Part shown: one piece after another, positions 42,965-45,742 of the stretch
Layout: every line of letters begins with the position of its first letter
Position numbering within the stretch: position 1 is the stretch's first letter
Source of the DNA: Candidatus Woesearchaeota archaeon
GTDB taxonomy: Archaea > Nanobdellota > Nanobdellia > Pacearchaeales > GW2011-AR1
Assembly (NCBI GenBank): GCA_964533515.1
Contig: CAZHMB010000003.1
Span: forward strand, 1-45,742
Direction: 5' to 3'
Length of the DNA: 45,742 bases
Translations under genes and position numbers: made by a program
Notes under the pieces: model-generated
What the model was told of the DNA's origin: nothing
Database searches by the model: none
What the model saw: the letters and a program-made list of their open reading frames with translations, nothing else

Positions 42965-43192
42965 TTATTTACAACCTCTCCCTTGACTATTATCTCGACA
43001 ACGACCAATCCAACCATCATCAAAAGATTGCGGACCAAGTTGTCCAGGATTTAAAAGAACGCAATGATACTCCTCACAAGGACCAACCATCCCCTCTTCA
43101 GCAACTCTCTTAAGATGTTCAAAACTATCCCTTGATGTTGGGCCACCACCATCTGGATTAAATTCTTGATTGTATAAATCATCTTGTGTCAT
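42965..43192 (-). CDS. Operon gene 1: 75-aa Cys-containing soluble orphan
   Basis: Internal ATG at 43192. MTQDDLYNQEFNPDGGGPTSRDSFEHLKRVAEEGMVGPCEEYHCVLLNPG...RCRDNSQGRGCK*. It shares AAAATGACACAAGAT with the start of gene 2. Confidence 0.5.
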   Translation of the reverse strand: MTQDDLYNQEFNPDGGGPTSRDSFEHLKRVAEEGMVGPCEEYHCVLLNPGQLGPQSFDDGWIGRCRDNSQGRGCK

Positions 43193-43220
43193 TTTAACTA
43201 CTAAACGATAAAAAATATTC

Positions 43221-43228
43221 TTTATAAA
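43221..43228 (-). promoter_or_regulatory. Palindromic TATA box (TTTATAAA) for the minus-strand operon
   Basis: Lies 29 to 36 nt upstream of the ATG at 43192. This is the usual archaeal spacing for short-leader or leaderless mRNAs. Confidence 0.4.
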
Positions 43229-43274
43229 TCTTTCGATTATGTCGCAACTTATCAAAGGTAACAAAAGGGTAAGC

Positions 43275-43283
43275 TTTATAAAA
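43275..43283 (+). promoter_or_regulatory. TATA box (TTTATAAAA) for the divergent 43307 gene
   Basis: Lies 24 to 32 nt upstream of the ATG at 43307. Confidence 0.4.
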
Positions 43284-43306
43284 TGTAAAAATGGTTAAAA
43301 AGTACA

Positions 43307-43702
43307 ATGAAAAAATCAACCGTTGGTTTCGCCAATACAAAACGAGAAGAAGATTTTTACCAAGATCATATTGGAGAATGGGTAAATCTTTTTCCAAAAG
43401 ATAAGGATGCGCTAGCAACTTCGGGAGTTATAACAAGATATTCTAGATCAGACCACTCTGTAATTCTCAATCCTTTTCTGGGTATACATTACTCTTCAGA
43501 CGGAGGTGCTGAATGGCAAATTCTAAGGAAAGCTACTGCAGTTGATCTGCACACTGTCGGAAGGCCTGAAGAAACAGATGAAGGAAACGCCGAGGGAAGA
43601 GCTATAAATTACAACAAACAATTAAGAATAAATCGCTTAGAGAGAAATGCAAAACTAGAAAAACTAGAAGCAGAAGCCAAAAAAGATTCACCTTCTCAAT
43701 AA
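43307..43702 (+). CDS. Orphan protein (131 aa), divergent from the operon
   Basis: Clean ORF with a beta-rich N-half (GEWVNLFPKDKDALATSGVITRYSRSDHSVILNPF) and a coiled-coil C-half. No family recognised. Confidence 0.55.
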   Translation: MKKSTVGFANTKREEDFYQDHIGEWVNLFPKDKDALATSGVITRYSRSDHSVILNPFLGIHYSSDGGAEWQILRKATAVDLHTVGRPEETDEGNAEGRAINYNKQLRINRLERNAKLEKLEAEAKKDSPSQ

Positions 43703-43709
43703 ACTTTAT

Positions 43710-44708
43710 CTATCCAAAAGCCAACTTCCAAAGAATCCCAAGAATTATGGAAACAAAAATTCCAGTGGTAACAAAGGGCATGGCTGGATAACTTTCATTC
43801 TTCTTTTTCTTTGATTCGAAAAACAGATAGATTAAAGCGGATGTGGCCCCAAGCAGAACTAACAGCGAGGGTATCAAACCTAAAATCCTATAGACAACCC
43901 CCATCGAGATTACTGAGAAGACAATATCGCCACCCCCAAGAACAGCAATATTAACATTCAACTTGTTTTTCTTAATAACATTCGCCGGAATAACCTTCTT
44001 ATCTTTATATTTCAAACGAAGCGCTTTAATCTTTTCTTTAACTTTTCTTGAAGCATAAGGAACCAAGAAACCTCCAAAAACGCCAACAGACTCAATCTGA
44101 TATGAAGCCATTTTCTGCATAATACCCGTATGCCAAACCGCCCACATATCATAAGCCGAAATCAATATCAAAATAACAACAAGCGAATAAATATTCAACA
44201 ATGGAACAAAGATTAACGCTATTCCCGGATAGATAAACAATTCAGTTAAATTATGAACAAGCATATTTCTTTTAAAGATTTTCCAAATTCCAAAAACCAA
44301 AGCAATTCCTAGAGGAATTATAATTCTCCAAAAGTTCTGGAAATCAAAAAAGAATTTTTGAAAAGCATACAAACTCAAGAACAAAGCAAAAGTTGCAACA
44401 ATAAAAAACCAACCCCTGAGAAAAAAGTCGGCTTTAATTTTATTCAAAACTAAGATCAAGACTATTGCAATAATAAAAGCGAAAATCAAATTGAAAATCA
44501 TAGCAGCAGCGCCCCCGGCATCTTCAATATCTGGAGATTCAATAAACATAAAATCAGGATTCATTGATTCCACAACACTTCCGTTCACAATTTCAGAAAC
44601 ATGCAACGGATCAATAGAAATAACAAACAACCCGATTAACAATGTCAAAATAAACATCCCAAGAATAATTGAATAAACTTTTACTTTCTTATCCATCTCT
44701 TTTTTCAT
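43710..44708 (-). CDS. Presenilin / signal-peptide-peptidase homolog (A22 GxGD intramembrane aspartyl protease)
   Basis: YD motif in ISAYDMWAVW, GxGD motif in AVLGGGDIVFS, PAL-like YPAMPF. About 9 TM helices. Confidence 0.8.
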   Translation of the reverse strand: MKKEMDKKVKVYSIILGMFILTLLIGLFVISIDPLHVSEIVNGSVVESMNPDFMFIESPDIEDAGGAAAMIFNLIFAFIIAIVLILVLNKIKADFFLRGWFFIVATFALFLSLYAFQKFFFDFQNFWRIIIPLGIALVFGIWKIFKRNMLVHNLTELFIYPGIALIFVPLLNIYSLVVILILISAYDMWAVWHTGIMQKMASYQIESVGVFGGFLVPYASRKVKEKIKALRLKYKDKKVIPANVIKKNKLNVNIAVLGGGDIVFSVISMGVVYRILGLIPSLLVLLGATSALIYLFFESKKKKNESYPAMPFVTTGIFVSIILGILWKLAFG

Positions 44709-44836
44709 AAGCCAAAAAGAAGATTAGAGTTTATAAGATTATCTTTAAGAAATAAAAACAAAAGTTTTAAAAACAAGGATTTGATAACCAACTTAAGAGG
44801 TGGATAAACCTCCCAAGAATTCTTGGGTATAATAAG

Positions 44837-45222
44837 ATGGAAAAGATATTATGGCTCGAAGCTGAAACAGGATGTTGTTCTGGGATAAAAATGGTTTTAG
44901 AAAGAGAAGGGGGGGGGTTGTTAAGATCGCCCAAAATGTAGAAACCGCACTCAATTGTTTAGACACTTCAAGATATGGGTTTGTTATCGCTGAACCTTAT
45001 CATAGTTGTGTTGAGAAAATTCCAGAACGAATGGCCCTGATTCAATCCTTTCTAGAAAAGGCAACTGCAAAATCCCCAACAATGTTATTAACTTCTCTTA
45101 ATGAGGAATGGCTTGCAGATTATGGTTTGGAAAAAGGGGCACATTATCATCATTATATGCAAAAGCCAACCCCCTCAGAGAAAATTATCTCAAGAATAGG
45201 CCAAATACTTTCAGGACAATAA
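44837..45222 (+). pseudogene. Atypical CheY-like receiver-domain protein split by a G9 tract (intact if G10)
   Basis: ATG 44837 gives MEKILWLEAETGCCSGIKMVLEREGGG, then an out-of-frame stop at 44941. The listed ORF 44872..45222 carries ...VVKIAQNVETALNCLDTSRYGFVIAEPYH...MLLTSL...YMQKPTPSEKIISRIGQIL. REC landmarks are present (beta1 KILWLEAE, acceptor position E in VIAEP, T in LLTS, the KP pair), but the acidic residues are substituted. Confidence 0.55.
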
Positions 45223-45259
45223 TTCCAGAATTTTTCCCATTAATCTTCTGTTAATTTTT

Positions 45260-45322
45260 CCCATTAATTTTTTGTTTTAAGCGTAGCATTCTGACAGAGT
45301 CGAATGCGGAGCGTCTTAAAAC
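45260..45322. repeat. Intergenic hairpin element, copy B
   Basis: CCCATTAATTTTTTGTTTTAAGCGTA-GCATTC-TGACAGAGTC-GAATGC-GGAGCGTCTTAAAAC. It is preceded by an extra tandem copy of the left box (TTTTTCCCATTAAT at 45231 and 45255). Confidence 0.7.
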
Positions 45323-45366
45323 TAAATCACAATAATCTTTAAAAACAAGAATCGCCAAATAAAAAC

Positions 45367-45735
45367 ATGGCATCAGAAGATCCAACTCAAGAAAGACCAA
45401 CAATCTATTTAAGAGTTTACAGGCCCGATTCAATGCAACCCTATGAGATTTGTACAAATGAAGCGGGAGAAGATATTTTAGAGGGTATAGGTATGGGAAG
45501 GGTCTCAATTCTCCCAAATAGTTGCGATGATAATCTAACAGTTGTATTAGCGAAAAAGAGCCTTAAATTAGAAGCAATTCTTGGATCTATAGCTGAAGAT
45601 CGTCAAGATATAACTCAAAAAGTGTATGATTATGCAGTTCAATTTGCAAGAAGACAGGCCGAATCAATGCCAGATCCATTTGAATTTGTTAATGAAGTTA
45701 AGGAACCTGTTAAAATTAAATTAAGAAGTCTGTAA
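45367..45735 (+). CDS. Orphan protein (122 aa)
   Basis: Clean ORF to the end of the window. No family recognised. Confidence 0.55.
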   Translation: MASEDPTQERPTIYLRVYRPDSMQPYEICTNEAGEDILEGIGMGRVSILPNSCDDNLTVVLAKKSLKLEAILGSIAEDRQDITQKVYDYAVQFARRQAESMPDPFEFVNEVKEPVKIKLRSL

Positions 45736-45742
45736 ATTTTTT

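Noticed and set aside
42963-43264. Long N-terminal extensions of the listed ORFs 42481..43038 and 42965..43264 (and of 41937..42344)
   Set aside because: These extensions would make the genes overlap by 48 to 75 nt. The internal ATGs sit exactly 1 nt after the upstream stop, behind a G-rich SD, and repeat the same junction sequence. I therefore chose the shorter models.

Overview
AT-rich, densely packed archaeal window. The gene content points to a small DPANN-like genome: thermosome, TBP, MCM, RPA-like OB protein, TFE, aIF1A, aIF2-beta, deoxyhypusine synthase, class I CCA-adding enzyme, and an intron-containing tRNA-Tyr with the C1:G72 pair. About 80 features are supported. I saw no rRNA, CRISPR array, transposase or integrase. 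Roughly half the ORFs are orphans lying between housekeeping genes, often in tight operons joined by a recurring stop-A-ATGA junction. The strongest candidate for an undescribed system is a nine-gene minus-strand operon (39837..43192). It encodes three paralogous TM-anchored proteins with DxDxDG calcium-loop signatures, several tiny partner proteins and its own TrmB-type regulator. One paralog is split by a G13 homopolymer tract. Other leads: (1) an overlapping gene pair, a degenerate radical-SAM-like protein plus a PD-(D/E)xK nuclease-like protein (26806..29134); (2) a 2.5-kb orphan block bracketed by a codon-aligned relic copy of the thermosome 3' end (6306..8911); (3) a single-gene cassette flanked by perfect 18-bp inverted repeats (23735..24433); (4) a three-member family of intergenic hairpin elements with compensatory stem changes (17541, 21510, 45260); (5) a second homopolymer-split gene, a G9 tract in an atypical receiver domain (44837..45222); (6) a truncated dph2; (7) a tandemly duplicated palindrome-plus-TATA promoter in front of a membrane-tethered wHTH / thioredoxin / CcdA module. 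All family calls rest on motifs read by eye and recalled consensus. No search was run.
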